A stretch of DNA of 64,000 nt from Peptococcaceae bacterium (GTDB lineage: Bacteria; Bacillota; Peptococcia; DRI-13; UBA5745): NCBI GenBank assembly GCA_034927285.1, contig JAYFQF010000010.1, forward strand, positions 23,032 through 87,031. Reading direction: 5' to 3'. Position 1 is the stretch's first letter; every line of letters begins with the position of its first letter. Made by a program: the position numbers and the translations under genes. A model generated the notes under the pieces. It did no database searches, was not told the origin of the DNA, and saw only the letters and a program-made list of their open reading frames with translations. Of this stretch, positions 8,172 through 19,227 are shown one piece after another.

Positions 8172-9023
8172 TTAAATCACCGCTTTGCCATGACGGGCGG
8201 CATGACAGCAGACGTTCACCGCCACCGGCAGTCCGGCGATATGGGTAGGGAACCATTCGATATTTACCGCCAGGCAGCTGATGCGTCCCCCCAGGCCTCC
8301 GGGTCCCACGCCGGAGGCGTTGATCCGGGACAGAGCCTTTTGCTCCAAAGCGGCGTAGCGCGGATCGGAATTAGCGCTGCCTACCTGCCGGATGGTGGCC
8401 CTTTTAGCTAACTGGGCGGCCTTATCCATGGTACCGCCCACGCAGACGCCCACGATGGTGGGCGGGCAGGGGTTAGGGCCGGCCCCCACTACGGCGTCCA
8501 CAATAAAGTCCAGGACCCCTTCTTCCCCGTCGGCCGGCACCAGCATTTTCAGACGGCTCATGTTTTCGCTGCCGAAGCCTTTGCAAGTAACGGTCAGGCT
8601 GATCTTATCCCCCGGCGTCAGTTCGGTGTAGATTATGGCGGGACAGTTATCTCTGGTGTTTATCCGATCAAATAAAGGATCGCTGACCACGGACTTCCGC
8701 AGGTAGCCCTCTTCATAAGCTTCCCGGACGCCCTGATTCACGGCGTCGTTGAAGCCGCCGCCGGTAATATGCACCTCCTGCCCTACCTCGGCAAATACCA
8801 CCACCATGCCGGTATCCTGACACATGGGCACCCTCTCGGCGGCGGCAATTTTATCGTTTTCGACAATCTGGTTTAAGATGGACCGTCCCGTGGGCGAAGA
8901 CTCCGCTCCGGCAGCTTTGGTCAAAGCCGCCATGACATCGTCGCCGATCCGGTAATTCGCCTCCAGAAGCAGTCCTTTAAGGGTATCTTTTATTAATGCC
9001 GCAGAAACCTCCCGCATGTTCAC
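8172..9023 (-). CDS. Class-I fumarate hydratase/tartrate dehydratase alpha-type subunit; contextually the mesaconase large subunit
   Basis: 283 aa. PMCQDTGMVVVF... and CPPTIVGVCVGGT motifs of Fe-S hydro-lyase alpha subunits. Confidence 0.85.
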   Translation of the reverse strand: MNMREVSAALIKDTLKGLLLEANYRIGDDVMAALTKAAGAESSPTGRSILNQIVENDKIAAAERVPMCQDTGMVVVFAEVGQEVHITGGGFNDAVNQGVREAYEEGYLRKSVVSDPLFDRINTRDNCPAIIYTELTPGDKISLTVTCKGFGSENMSRLKMLVPADGEEGVLDFIVDAVVGAGPNPCPPTIVGVCVGGTMDKAAQLAKRATIRQVGSANSDPRYAALEQKALSRINASGVGPGGLGGRISCLAVNIEWFPTHIAGLPVAVNVCCHAARHGKAVI

Positions 9024-9075
9024 CTCTCCTTAGCGTCGCTTTCCCAAAACCCCGGGCGTAAAAAACCGGCCGCCG

Positions 9076-10329
9076 CTATTTTCCTGCTTTGGCCTGCCGC
9101 AGCGCCAGAATCCTCTGCATCTCATTGTAAACGATCATAAAGCCTTCGTCAAAACCCATTCCCGGCTTGGCCAGGATCTGGTCCGGCCCGGCTGCCATGG
9201 CGCAATGAACGCAAACCTGAGCGCTGCGGTCGGTTTCGTTGCAGGTGCCGCCCTGGTAAGCGCCGATCCCCTTTGCCTTGCAGTACAGCACCGCCTCGAT
9301 GGTATTATGGATGCTGCCCAGGTCCGGAGTCTTGATCTGGACCATATGGCCGGCTTTGCGGTCCGCAAAGATTTTGATATCCTCCAGGGTGTTGCACCAT
9401 TCGTCGGCCACCAGCTCCACCTTGATGCCCCGCCGGTCCACCAGACTGGTTAACGCGCTCAGTGCTTCCACCTGGCTCTCCCGGTCTGAGTCGCAATCCA
9501 TGGGCCCTTCGATGCGCAGATGGAAGGGGGCCGCCTCCTGCTCCAGCTCCGCCAGATAATCCGCCATTTTTTCATAATTATTATTGCCGAAGGCGGCGCC
9601 GATGGTCCCGTAGCAGTCGATATGCAGCACCGGATGATAGTCCTGGGACTGGCGCCGGGTCAAAATCCGCTGCCGCAGCCAGACCACATATTCCTTCAGC
9701 TTCTCTCCCTGGCGGCCCAGCTTGGCCTCCACGTTATTAATCAGGGCGTGGGGCAAAACATCGGCCTCCTTGATGATCATTTTATCGGCATTGGCGTAGC
9801 GGTCGTCGCCGGTTTGGGCGAAGATCGGGATAGGCCTGTCGGCGATTTCACAGCCGTATTCTTCCGCCACCACTTCGCACATCAGCCGCCGGGAGGCTTT
9901 GGCCACCGCGTCCAAAAGAGCCTGGGATACGCCGTAGCTGATAGCGTGATGCAAAGGCCTTCCCTCGATGCGGATCTCTTCCAGCTGCCGGCAAAGGCTC
10001 CGGAAATCCGCCGCCTCCCGGTCCAAAAACACCGGCTTTATATGCTTTTCGATCAAAGGGATAAAGTCTTTTGCCAAAAAGAGCGGATCCCGGCCGCCGC
10101 AGCCGCTGTACTGCACGGCGGCGCAGTCGCCGTAGGCCACCTGCCCGTCCTCCAGGACAAACATCACGGAAATCGCTTCTCCGGCCTGCCGTACATAGGA
10201 AAAGCCCCCGGTCACCGGATCTCCGTTATAAAAAATCCCGTCCTGGACAGCGCCCCGTTTAATGGCCCGCTGGTCGTCGAAATAAAAACCGGTTTTTGCC
10301 GGAGCACAAAGAATGTCCACAATCTTCAT
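9076..10329 (-). CDS. mal: Methylaspartate ammonia-lyase
   Basis: MKIVDILCAPAKTGFYFDDQRAIKRGA... closely resembles the clostridial beta-methylaspartase N-terminus; enolase-superfamily size. AGGAGG SD; ATG 10329 is preferred over GTG 10332. Confidence 0.9.
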   Translation of the reverse strand: MKIVDILCAPAKTGFYFDDQRAIKRGAVQDGIFYNGDPVTGGFSYVRQAGEAISVMFVLEDGQVAYGDCAAVQYSGCGGRDPLFLAKDFIPLIEKHIKPVFLDREAADFRSLCRQLEEIRIEGRPLHHAISYGVSQALLDAVAKASRRLMCEVVAEEYGCEIADRPIPIFAQTGDDRYANADKMIIKEADVLPHALINNVEAKLGRQGEKLKEYVVWLRQRILTRRQSQDYHPVLHIDCYGTIGAAFGNNNYEKMADYLAELEQEAAPFHLRIEGPMDCDSDRESQVEALSALTSLVDRRGIKVELVADEWCNTLEDIKIFADRKAGHMVQIKTPDLGSIHNTIEAVLYCKAKGIGAYQGGTCNETDRSAQVCVHCAMAAGPDQILAKPGMGFDEGFMIVYNEMQRILALRQAKAGK

Positions 10330-10566
10330 CACTGTCCGCCTCCTGTTTTCCTCTTGGTGATAGAATTTTTTTCGTAAAACCTCCGGGGTCCCGCTTCTTG
10401 ACGCTTTTTAGACCGCTCACTGAATTGCTTACTGCGCCGCTCAGCGAATTACTCATTTTCAATCGCAACTATGATTGCAACTTTAAGTTGCAACTACGAA
10501 TCGCAACCATGGATCGCAGCTTTGAATTGCTTGCTTTGAATTGCCTCCTGCCGGAAGCCGGCCCTC

Positions 10567-12018
10567 TCAATACTTGGGCCGTCCCACCAGCCGGCCTTTG
10601 CCGATGGCGTACACGTCGTCGATGACCATCTGGAAAGAAGCCTTGCGGTTTTCCGCCCTGGCCCGCTCTTCGATCTTTTCCCGGTGAAAATCCTTCAGTT
10701 CCTGGGTAAAGGGCAGATTGCCCATGTTCAGGATCCGGACGGCTCCGTCGTTATCCCTGGCCGGCAGCATCAGGTTGGCGTTGGCCCGGCAGGGGGCAAA
10801 GGGAACGTCCACCACGCCGGCTTTGACGGCCCGGACGGCGCCAAGGGCGATATCTCCTTCCCCCAGCTGGAAGCATTTTTCCACCAGGCAGCGGGTTTCC
10901 TGCCGGATAATTTCTTTTTCTTCCTCTAAATGAGAGTTTTCAAAAGTTTGATCCGCCAGCATATTTACCACCTGCCGGGTGCAGCGGAGCCCCTGGGCAT
11001 TGGCTTCCATGGTGGGGATTCCCGCCGCCTCGTGGGGGCTCTTAACGATGACCTTAGTGGCCTTGGAAAGGCCGGCCACGGTACTGCCCAGGGCAATGAC
11101 GCCAAAGGCCTTGGCTTCATCGGCAGGGAAACCGCCCATCCACTGATGGAGCACCGTGGTGACTTCTACGCCGCTGTAGCCCGCCTTGGCCAGATATTCG
11201 TCGGCCAGTTCCTCTAAGGTGCGGATAGCCGCCACATCCTGGATCAGATTGCCGCACTGGCCATATCCTACGGTAATATTTTTTACCCCCTGCTCCGCCG
11301 CCAAGAGGGCCTCGATCACCGCTACGGCATGGGAGATGCAGGGAGGCACTAAAGTGCCGGTCAGGGGACCGTAGGGTTCCCGATTAATGGATACGCCGTA
11401 TTCTTCATAAAGGCCGGCCAGACGGTCCACGTACTGCCAGTCCTGAATGGTTTTTTCCATGGGCACATTTTTACAATAGGGCAAATTATAGGAAATGCCG
11501 CCCCCTTCAAAGCTGGTAAAGCCGGCGGCCAGGGATACCTCGGCTAAAAGCCGGGCGTCCGGCGTGCCGTGACGGATCTGCACGGGCACCTTGGTGCTTT
11601 CGATGACCCGGCGGCTGTTTTTTACGCCGTGGTTTACCACCGGCAGACCGTTCAGCATGGCCCGGGAAAGGCGGATGGATTCGGCGACGCCGTTTTCCGC
11701 TTCTTCATAGCGGTTCTGCCGGGTATAACTGTCGATTGTGGTGGGCAGAAGATCCGCCTCCCCCTCATCCTGCAAATACTGCATCAGTTTGATATGCTCT
11801 TCGATGACGGGAACGCCGGCCCGGGGCTGGATCAGGGTCCTGCCGCTTTTTTTGGCCCCAAGGAGCTTATCCGCAAAAATCTTTTCCCTGGGCAGGGACT
11901 TATGATAGTCCACCGCCTCCTGCAGTACCACTTCCTTACCGGTAGGCCACTGCAAAAGCACTTCCTGGCGCAGTTCAGCGAATTCTTCTTCGGAAATCTT
12001 CTTGTTTTTAATCTCCAT
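10567..12018 (-). CDS. glmE: Glutamate mutase (methylaspartate mutase) large subunit E
   Basis: 483 aa. [30 protein letters not shown]... is the characteristic GlmE/MutE N-terminus. Confidence 0.9.
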   Translation of the reverse strand: MEIKNKKISEEEFAELRQEVLLQWPTGKEVVLQEAVDYHKSLPREKIFADKLLGAKKSGRTLIQPRAGVPVIEEHIKLMQYLQDEGEADLLPTTIDSYTRQNRYEEAENGVAESIRLSRAMLNGLPVVNHGVKNSRRVIESTKVPVQIRHGTPDARLLAEVSLAAGFTSFEGGGISYNLPYCKNVPMEKTIQDWQYVDRLAGLYEEYGVSINREPYGPLTGTLVPPCISHAVAVIEALLAAEQGVKNITVGYGQCGNLIQDVAAIRTLEELADEYLAKAGYSGVEVTTVLHQWMGGFPADEAKAFGVIALGSTVAGLSKATKVIVKSPHEAAGIPTMEANAQGLRCTRQVVNMLADQTFENSHLEEEKEIIRQETRCLVEKCFQLGEGDIALGAVRAVKAGVVDVPFAPCRANANLMLPARDNDGAVRILNMGNLPFTQELKDFHREKIEERARAENRKASFQMVIDDVYAIGKGRLVGRPKY

Positions 12019-13393
12019 CGTCTGCCAGCTCCTTTTTCATTATCCTCAACGCAGTTTCCGGGTAATGGGGAGTCAAAAGTCCCATAGCCGCCAGAATATA
12101 GCGGCGGTCCACCAGGATCCGGGCCTTCTGGGGCCGCAGGGAAAATGGGTCCGTGCCCTTGAATAGGCCGTGGGCCGCGATCTCCCGGACCCGGGGGCTG
12201 TGGATCAGGCTGCCGCCGGTGACCACGATATGCTCTACCCCGGTCAGGTCTTTGCCGGTCTGCACATAGGCAGGCCCGGCGGCGGTATAGACCTCCTCCA
12301 GTTTGCCGGCATGTCGGGACATAGCGGTTTCCACCGCCAGACAGGCTAAGGCATAGTCCAGGGACGCCAGCTCCCGGTCAGCTCCGGGCAAGGCCTCCGT
12401 ATGCCGACCCAGGTATTCCACCAGCTCCAGGACCCGCTCTTCGGGCAAGCCGGAAAGCTCCGCCAGCCGCTGGGGCCCCGCCGCTTCCAGGATGCCGCGG
12501 ATGCTGTAGCGCATGCCGATATCCCCTTCCACGGTACGCTTTACGTAAGGCTCCGGCAGGCCCCGGTAAAGGATGGTATCCCTGGCCGGCCCGCCTTCCG
12601 CCACAGAATACACATCCGTAGTGGCTCCGCCCACGTCCACAGCCATCAGCTGGCCCAGACCCGGTTCGCCGGGACAGCCTTCCGCCAAAAGCTCCATGGC
12701 CTGCATCACCGCCGCCGGAGTAGGGATAAGGGGACCGTCCATCAGGGCGGCCGCCTGGGAAAGGCCTTTAGCCTGGATGATCCGGTTCAGGAAGATCTCC
12801 CGGATCTGTTTTTGGCTGGGAACGGTATTCAAGACGCCGAATTTCGGCATGACATTTTCACAAAGGTAAACCTGATGTCCTGACAGAAGACGGCCGCATT
12901 CCTGCAGAGCGCTGCGGTTTCCCGCCACGACCACAGGCCACTCCGGCGGCAAAGCCGCCAGCATCCCGGCGTTGTGCAGGATACAATCCGAATTTCCCCC
13001 GTCGGTTCCGCCCACCAAAAGCAGGATATCCGGCCGGGCCGCCAGGATTTCTTCCACATCCTCCCGGGTCAGCTGGAAAGAGTAGAACTTCAGGATCTTG
13101 GCGCCGGCTCCTAAGGTGGCCTGCCGGGCCGCCGCCACCGTCAGCTCCGGCATCAGGCCGCTGACGATCATCTTTAAGCCTCCGGCGGCGGATGAACAGG
13201 CAAAACGCCGGTCAAAAGCCACGGGGCCGATCCGTTCCGTCAAGTCCGCCAGGGCTTTGGCAAAACCCCGGTTAATATCCGTTTCTACCGTGGTATAAGC
13301 CTCGGCGGTACCCAGTACGGTTTCCTGCTCCAGGTCCACCGCCGTGACCTTGGTATAGGTGCTGCCAAAGTCCGCCAGCAGAACCGGTTTCAT
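12008..13393 (-). CDS. glmL: Glutamate mutase accessory/reactivating protein GlmL (MutL of the glutamate mutase system)
   Basis: 461 aa. [20 protein letters not shown]... actin/hsp70-like ATPase fold motifs. Overlaps glmS and glmE, indicating translational coupling. Confidence 0.85.
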   Translation of the reverse strand: MKPVLLADFGSTYTKVTAVDLEQETVLGTAEAYTTVETDINRGFAKALADLTERIGPVAFDRRFACSSAAGGLKMIVSGLMPELTVAAARQATLGAGAKILKFYSFQLTREDVEEILAARPDILLLVGGTDGGNSDCILHNAGMLAALPPEWPVVVAGNRSALQECGRLLSGHQVYLCENVMPKFGVLNTVPSQKQIREIFLNRIIQAKGLSQAAALMDGPLIPTPAAVMQAMELLAEGCPGEPGLGQLMAVDVGGATTDVYSVAEGGPARDTILYRGLPEPYVKRTVEGDIGMRYSIRGILEAAGPQRLAELSGLPEERVLELVEYLGRHTEALPGADRELASLDYALACLAVETAMSRHAGKLEEVYTAAGPAYVQTGKDLTGVEHIVVTGGSLIHSPRVREIAAHGLFKGTDPFSLRPQKARILVDRRYILAAMGLLTPHYPETALRIMKKELADDGD

Positions 13394-13938
13394 CGGATCC
13401 TCGCCTCCGCCTTTTCTGCGCCGCCGAAGTTTTCCCGGCGCGCAGTCTCAGCCGCCGGACCTTCTTCCAGCCCTTCCTCCGGTCCTTCCCCCGGCGCCTC
13501 TAAAGAAATCTCTCCCGCCTTTTCTTCCGGTACGCCCAAAAGCTCTTTTAAGGCCCGGATTACCGCCTCCGGCGCCGTATTGGGAGGAAAAGCCATGGTA
13601 AACCCCATATCCTTAAAACGTTTTTCTACCTCGGCAAAATTCTGCTTGCCGATAACGATATTTCCGCCGATCAGCAAGGGGATCTCTCCAAGGCCGGCTT
13701 CCACGCATTTTTCCCGCATCCCCCGGCAGTCCAGCTCTCCCTGGCCGTACAGGGATCCGATGACGATGGCGTCGGCGCCGGTCTCGATGGCGGCGGCGAT
13801 AAACTCCTCCTGGGATACCATCACGCCCAGGTTTGCCACTTCAAAACCTGCCTCGGTAAAGGCGTGGTACAAAATTTTGTTTCCCACGGCATGAACGTCG
13901 GAACCGATGACGCCCAGAACCAATGTCTTTTTTTCCAC
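13390..13938 (-). CDS. glmS: Glutamate mutase B12-binding small subunit S with about 45-aa acidic C-terminal extension
   Basis: [23 protein letters not shown] (DxHxxG cobalamin-binding motif)...GGNIVIGKQ. 182 aa versus about 137 aa as I recall for characterised GlmS/MutS. Confidence 0.9.
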   Translation of the reverse strand: MEKKTLVLGVIGSDVHAVGNKILYHAFTEAGFEVANLGVMVSQEEFIAAAIETGADAIVIGSLYGQGELDCRGMREKCVEAGLGEIPLLIGGNIVIGKQNFAEVEKRFKDMGFTMAFPPNTAPEAVIRALKELLGVPEEKAGEISLEAPGEGPEEGLEEGPAAETARRENFGGAEKAEARIR

Positions 13939-13995
13939 AGAAGCGCCCCCTTATGCTTGTTTCCTTCAGGGATTTACCACTTGTTCTATGTTTAT

Positions 13996-14024
13996 AATTT
14001 ATATTAGACTATAACAATTGTCAA
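13996..14024 (-). promoter_or_regulatory. Candidate promoter of the glmS-led operon
   Basis: Minus strand: TTGACA (14024-14019), 17 nt, TAAATT (14001-13996). An ACAATTGT palindrome overlaps the -35. Confidence 0.45.
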
Positions 14025-14247
14025 TATCGGAAAGAGTAAAATTAAGGAAACAATATTTTTGCTCTTTTGGCAGGCGCACATCCCGGTTTCTCATATAAGC
14101 CGGCAGCCCGGCCTCCCATACGGGAACATATCCCGGCTTTTCATCAGGGCAGCTTTTGCTCCCGGGAAATCCTTTTCGGAAAGAGGCCGCCGGATGAGGA
14201 TAGTATCCCGCCTCTCCCCGGATTTATCACAAAAAAGGCCTTTCCGT

Positions 14248-15378
14248 TCAAAACTCCGCTCCCCGGGCCAAAAGGGGTTTATTGGCGGCGGTATAACTGT
14301 TTTTGGCCTTCAGCTCCCCGATCCGCTCCTGCAAATACAAAAGGGACCCTTCATCTGCCCGATAGGCGCAAAGAACCCTGCGCCGGGCCCGGGTATTCAA
14401 AAGCTCCAGCGTATCCCTGCGGCAAAAGACATCATAATCCCGGGGCAAAAGCACCGCTTCTTTACCTTCAAGCCAGCCCGCCAGGCTCTCCCGGTCTTCC
14501 AGAAGGCAGGAAGGCGAAAGCTTTAAGCCGGGAGCATAGGACCGGCAGCTATTACGCAGCCTTGCCTCAAATTGAGGGCTGGCGCTGAGAATGCCCACAC
14601 CGCCCCGGCGCGCCTCCGCCGCCGTATCCCGGTCTGCCCCCGCCAGGCCTTCCCCCAGGGAGCCCGCCGGGTCTGCCCCCGCCGGACCGGCCAAAGCCGC
14701 CCTTCCGGCGTGAGCCTCCTCCAGGGCCAAAGCCGCCAGCTCCCCGGCGCAAGCCTCTTCCAGAGCCAAAGCCACCCTCATCAGCTTCTCCTTTTCCGGA
14801 ATCACTTCCTCCAGGGCGGCAAAGCAGGCCGGGGTGGTCAAAATCAAGTCCATTTCCTCCCCCAGCTTATAAGGATTGACCAGGGCCTCCCGCAGGGAGC
14901 AGGGAAAGATCCGTACCCCTTCCAGGCTTTTCAGCTGATCCGCCGCCTGGCGCAGTATCTCCGGCTCATTTTCCACCATGGCAATTTTGATTTCCGTTTC
15001 TTCCTGAGAGCGTTCCCTAAGCTTCAGCTCAAAAAAAATGCCGACTTCCGCCAAAGTGAACTCCAGATCCGCCAATTGGTCCAGCAGCCCGTCGATGGCT
15101 TTCATGGCCCGGTCTTTACGGCTTTGCTGGCTTTCCCTCAGTTCCCGGACAAAAGTTCCCCGGCCCCGGGTCATCTCGAGGGCTCCCAGGGCTTCCAGCT
15201 CATCGTAAGCGTGCTTGATGGTGCCCCGGGCCAGCCCCATGCCGTCGGCCAGCTGCCGTACCGTAGGCAGCTGGGTCCCTGCCGGCAGGTTTCCGCTTTT
15301 GATATCCCCGTGGATCAGCTGGACCAGCTGTTGATAAGCCGGCAGCCTGCTGTCGGGATTAATCGTATATTTGCGCAA
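14248..15378 (-). CDS. GntR-family transcriptional regulator with a large C-terminal domain carrying an Ala-rich repeat insertion
   Basis: Winged HTH: [66 protein letters not shown]. Proposed start is TTG 15378 after AAGGCGGAG. The 486-aa track ORF overlaps citF and is rejected. Confidence 0.75.
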   Translation of the reverse strand: MRKYTINPDSRLPAYQQLVQLIHGDIKSGNLPAGTQLPTVRQLADGMGLARGTIKHAYDELEALGALEMTRGRGTFVRELRESQQSRKDRAMKAIDGLLDQLADLEFTLAEVGIFFELKLRERSQEETEIKIAMVENEPEILRQAADQLKSLEGVRIFPCSLREALVNPYKLGEEMDLILTTPACFAALEEVIPEKEKLMRVALALEEACAGELAALALEEAHAGRAALAGPAGADPAGSLGEGLAGADRDTAAEARRGGVGILSASPQFEARLRNSCRSYAPGLKLSPSCLLEDRESLAGWLEGKEAVLLPRDYDVFCRRDTLELLNTRARRRVLCAYRADEGSLLYLQERIGELKAKNSYTAANKPLLARGAEF

Positions 15379-15443
15379 TGTTCTCCGCCTTCTTTGCTGA
15401 TCTATTTTTTGCGAACAGGGCACGACCGGCGGCCCTGTCTTTT

Positions 15444-16859
15444 TTATGGCCGTTCCGGCCGGGGCATATAAACGGTGTCCTGCAGCCCTCCGTCCCGGCC
15501 GATCACCTTTGCCAGCGGCTTTTGGGTCATGGCGGGCCGCTTCGGCACCCCGGTGATTTTTTCCGCTTTTGCCTTCAGCTCCTCTGCCGGAAGCACCGGC
15601 AGGCCCGCCTCCTTCAACCGCAGAGCCAGCTCCTGCCGCCGGGGGTTTACGGCGATGCCCCGCTGCGTCACCAGCACGTCCACATCCCGGCCGGGAGTGG
15701 AAACGCACAGCACCCGGTCGGTAAGGATGGGCAGACGCCCCCGAAACAGCGGGGCAATGATGATGGCCAGCCCGGCGCCCGCCGCGGTATCGCTGTGGCC
15801 CCCGGAGCCGCCCATCAGGACGCCGTTGGAATCCGTATGCACATTGACGTTGAAATCGATGTCGATCTCCGTGGCCCCCAGGATCACCACGTCCAGGCTG
15901 TCCACCACGGCGCTTTTTGCGCCGGGAGAAGCATATTGCAGGGCGGAAATCTCCCGGTGCCGGGGGTTGTTCCGGATGGACTCCACCGCCTCCAAGTCAA
16001 AGCACTGGACATCCAGCAGCGATTCAAAACAGCCCTCGTTCAGCATATCCACCATATAGCCGGTGATGCCGCCCAGACCGAAGCTGCCCACGATCTTTTC
16101 CTCCTTCATCCGGTCCTTCAGGAATTTGGCCGCGGCTAAAGAAGCTCCGCCGGCCCCGGTCTGAAAGGAAAACCCGTCTTTGAGAAGCCCCGAGGCCCGG
16201 ATCACTTCGGCGGCCTTTTCCGCCATCACCAGCCCCACCGGATCTCGGGTGATTTTCGTGGTGCCGGACACGATGCCGGCGGCGTCGCCGATTTCTTCCG
16301 CGACTACCACGTAATCCACATAAATCTCGGGGATAGACCAGTCCCGCAAAGGATAAGGCACCAGATGGTCGGTGACGGCAATCACTTTTTTGGCCGCCAT
16401 GGCGTCGGCAAAGGCATAGCCCAGGCTGCCGCAGGCGGACTTGCCGTATTTACCGCTGAGGTTTCCCCTGGGGTCGCTGGCGGGAGCGGCGATAAAGGCC
16501 AGGTCCACCGGTGTTTTGCCGGATTGGATATCCCCGGCGCGGCCGCCGTGGGTACGGAATTCCACAGGCTTTTCCAGCACGCCCTGGGAAAAACGGCGGC
16601 CGATGCCGGCAGACATATAGTCGGTCTGTACCCCGGTGACCACGCCGCTGCGGATATGATCCAGCAAGGGCAGATGGATGTCGAAAAGAGAGCTGGCATT
16701 GACGGTGAGATCCTTCAGCCCCAGGGCGGCGATTTCCGCCAGGGCCATATTCAATACATAGTCGCCGTTGCGGAGGTGATGATGAAAGGAAATGGTCATG
16801 CCGCTTTCCAGGCCGGCCAGCCGGATGGCTTCCCTCAGGGTTTTTACGACTTTATTCAT
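15444..16859 (-). CDS. citF: Citrate-lyase-type alpha subunit (acyl-ACP:substrate CoA-transferase); contextually citramalate lyase alpha
   Basis: 471 aa. [33 protein letters not shown]... is a typical CitF N-terminus. Confidence 0.9.
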   Translation of the reverse strand: MNKVVKTLREAIRLAGLESGMTISFHHHLRNGDYVLNMALAEIAALGLKDLTVNASSLFDIHLPLLDHIRSGVVTGVQTDYMSAGIGRRFSQGVLEKPVEFRTHGGRAGDIQSGKTPVDLAFIAAPASDPRGNLSGKYGKSACGSLGYAFADAMAAKKVIAVTDHLVPYPLRDWSIPEIYVDYVVVAEEIGDAAGIVSGTTKITRDPVGLVMAEKAAEVIRASGLLKDGFSFQTGAGGASLAAAKFLKDRMKEEKIVGSFGLGGITGYMVDMLNEGCFESLLDVQCFDLEAVESIRNNPRHREISALQYASPGAKSAVVDSLDVVILGATEIDIDFNVNVHTDSNGVLMGGSGGHSDTAAGAGLAIIIAPLFRGRLPILTDRVLCVSTPGRDVDVLVTQRGIAVNPRRQELALRLKEAGLPVLPAEELKAKAEKITGVPKRPAMTQKPLAKVIGRDGGLQDTVYMPRPERP

Positions 16860-17736
16860 GCCCTTCGCTCCTTCCCAGCCCCAGTTTTTCCGCCGCCGCC
16901 ATGGTTTGGCGGGCCCGGGCCACGATGGGGGCGTCGATCATTTTGCCGTGCAGCGACACGGCGCCTTTGCCCTGGGCCCGGGCCTTCCGGATAGTCTCCA
17001 GAACCTCCCAGGCATAGTCGATCTCCGGCAAAGTTGGGCTGAACACTTGGTTTATAACGCTCACATGCCGGGGAGAAATGGCGGCTTTGCCGGAAAAGCC
17101 CAGGCTTCTGGCCTGCCGGGCGTCGTCCTCCAGCCCCCGGTCGTCGTTCACGTCGGTAAAAGGCGTATCGTACACTTCCAGCCCGGCGGCCCGGGCGGCC
17201 ATCACCAGACGGCTGCGGGCATACAGGATCTCCCCGCCTTCTTTGGTCCGTTTGCAGCGCAGATCCGCCGTCAGATCCTCCGCCCCCAAGAAAAGGGCTT
17301 CTACCCGGGGACTGGCGCCGGCGATGGCAAAAGCGTTTTCCACCCCCAGGGCAGTTTCGATCAGAGGCAAAAGCCGGATCGTTTCCGAAACCAGCCCCGC
17401 CTCCTTTTCAAGACCGGCAAGAAAATCCTCCAGCCGGCAGATGTCCTGAGGGCCGCTGATTTTTGCCGGCATAATCAGGTCCGGCTTTAAAGGCGCGATT
17501 TCCCGCAGATCCGCCTGCCAGTAAGGCGTGTCCAAAGAATTGATCCGCACCACCCGCCGGCAGCCTCCCGGGTCCAGAGTCTGCAAAGCGTTGCGCACCA
17601 GGATGCGGGCCGCGTCCTTTTCCTCGGGGGAAACGGCGTCTTCCAGGTCAAAAATTACGGCGTCGGCTCCCAGGGCGGCGGCGTTGATGATGATATTCGG
17701 CGTATTGCCGGGTAAAAACAGCAGAGAACGGATCAT
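16852..17736 (-). CDS. citE: Citrate-lyase-type beta subunit (citryl/citramalyl-ACP lyase)
   Basis: 294 aa. RSLLFLPGNTPNII...ADAVIFDLEDAV... HpcH/CitE motifs. Confidence 0.9.
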   Translation of the reverse strand: MIRSLLFLPGNTPNIIINAAALGADAVIFDLEDAVSPEEKDAARILVRNALQTLDPGGCRRVVRINSLDTPYWQADLREIAPLKPDLIMPAKISGPQDICRLEDFLAGLEKEAGLVSETIRLLPLIETALGVENAFAIAGASPRVEALFLGAEDLTADLRCKRTKEGGEILYARSRLVMAARAAGLEVYDTPFTDVNDDRGLEDDARQARSLGFSGKAAISPRHVSVINQVFSPTLPEIDYAWEVLETIRKARAQGKGAVSLHGKMIDAPIVARARQTMAAAEKLGLGRSEGHE

Positions 17737-18008
17737 TCTTCCGCCTCCTTCCCCCGCAGGACGGCGGTTTCGATCCTGGCCCGGATAACGCAGTCCAGGG
17801 CCCCCCGGTCATTGAGCCGCAGCCTGGCCTTCTCTACCTGCAGCTTTTCCAGGGTCTGCCGGGCCACCGCCAGAATCTGCGGGCCAAACTGCCGGTAGAC
17901 CACGGACTCCAATTGGATTTCCAACCCTTCCCCGCAGGGCTCCAGCTCCACATAGACGTCGCTGGACTCCAGGGTGCCGGCGGAAGCCCGTCTTACAATC
18001 TCAGTCAA
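17733..18008 (-). CDS. citD: Citrate-lyase-type gamma subunit (acyl carrier protein)
   Basis: 91 aa. AGTLESSDVYVELEP contains the prosthetic-group serine motif of CitD. Confidence 0.85.
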   Translation of the reverse strand: MTEIVRRASAGTLESSDVYVELEPCGEGLEIQLESVVYRQFGPQILAVARQTLEKLQVEKARLRLNDRGALDCVIRARIETAVLRGKEAEE

Positions 18009-18182
18009 TTTGGGCCAGCCTCCTTTCAGCCTGAAAATTGTACTAGATCAATCTGCCTTTATTATATGATATAATCCTCTTCATTTTCAACAGCTGTTTG
18101 AAAAAAATACTATTCAAGAAACAACCGGTAGGGTATACTGAAAGGAACAGAAAACCTCCCCCCTTGCCGCCGCTATCGTGAG

Positions 18183-19190
18183 GTGATGATGATGGAGCTT
18201 GAATTCGGTTATCCTTTTACCGGCCCACAGCAAAAAAGCCTGGCCGCTTTTCTGGCGGCCCAGGGGCTGGGCTATGATGAAGACATTGAATTCACCGTAA
18301 ATCTGGTGGAAAACCGGCAGCTTATCGCCACCGGCTCCCTGGCGGGCTACGTTTTAAAATGTCTGGCGGTGGAAACCGGGCGGCAGGGCCAGGGACTGAT
18401 GGCCTTGCTGGTCACCGAGCTGCGCAAGGAAGCCTTTGCCCGGGGCCAGGATCAGCTCCTGGCCTTCACCAAGCCCGCAAACAGCCTGCTCTTTGAGTCC
18501 CTGGGCTTTTTCCCCGTGGCCGCCACCGCCGACGCCTGCCTGTTGGAGAGCCGCCGAAACGGCGTGACGGACTTCGTCCGCTCCTTGCAAGGCCCTCTCC
18601 GGGGGGGACGGATCGGCTGTATCGTAGCTAACTGCGACCCCTTCACCAGAGGCCACCGCTATCTGACAGAAACCGCCGCCGCCGCCTGCGACTGGCTGTA
18701 TCTGCTGATCCTCTCCGAGGACCGGGGGCTTTTTTCCGCCGGAGACCGGCTGGCTTTGGCCCGGGAAAATACGGCGGACCTGCCCAACGTTTCCGTCCAC
18801 CCCACCGGCGTTTACCAGGTTTCCCGGGCAACCTTTCCCGAGTACTTCCTCCGGGACAAAACCCGGGCCGCCGAGATCAGCTGCCGGCTGGACCTGACGA
18901 TCTTTGCCCGGCATTTTGCCCCGGCCCTGGGAATCAGCCGCCGCTTCGTGGGTACGGAACCTTTGTCTTTGGTGACCCGGGAATATAACGAACAGATGAA
19001 AGCCTTTTTGCCCGGCCTGGGCATTGCCGTGGAGGAGATTCCCCGCCTGGAGGTAAAGGGCGGGCCCGTCAGCGCCAGCCGGGTACGGGCTTTGTGGCGC
19101 CAGGGCGATCTGGCGGAACTGGCCCCTTTGGTGCCGGAAGCCACCCGGCGCTTTTTACGGCAGACGGCGGCAAAACAGCTTTCGGATTGA
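18183..19190 (+). CDS. citC: [Citrate (pro-3S)-lyase] ligase type acetate:SH-ACP ligase
   Basis: 335 aa. N-terminal GNAT-like part plus IVANCDPFTRGHRYL nucleotidyltransferase motif. The start lies among GTG 18183 and ATG 18186-18192. Confidence 0.85.
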   Translation: MMMMELEFGYPFTGPQQKSLAAFLAAQGLGYDEDIEFTVNLVENRQLIATGSLAGYVLKCLAVETGRQGQGLMALLVTELRKEAFARGQDQLLAFTKPANSLLFESLGFFPVAATADACLLESRRNGVTDFVRSLQGPLRGGRIGCIVANCDPFTRGHRYLTETAAAACDWLYLLILSEDRGLFSAGDRLALARENTADLPNVSVHPTGVYQVSRATFPEYFLRDKTRAAEISCRLDLTIFARHFAPALGISRRFVGTEPLSLVTREYNEQMKAFLPGLGIAVEEIPRLEVKGGPVSASRVRALWRQGDLAELAPLVPEATRRFLRQTAAKQLSD

Positions 19191-19227
19191 GCCGGCGAAA
19201 CGGCTTTCGCCCGGAAAGGAGGCTCCT

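Noticed and set aside
12008-13393. Reading of MutL as the DNA mismatch repair protein.
   Set aside because: The sequence is the actin-fold glutamate mutase accessory protein (GlmL, called MutL in clostridial mut operons). It is unrelated to the GHKL-type mismatch-repair MutL.
15379-15708. N-terminal 110 codons of the 486-aa GntR track ORF.
   Set aside because: They overlap the 3' end of citF and are low-complexity. The HTH begins just after a TTG with an SD at 15378.
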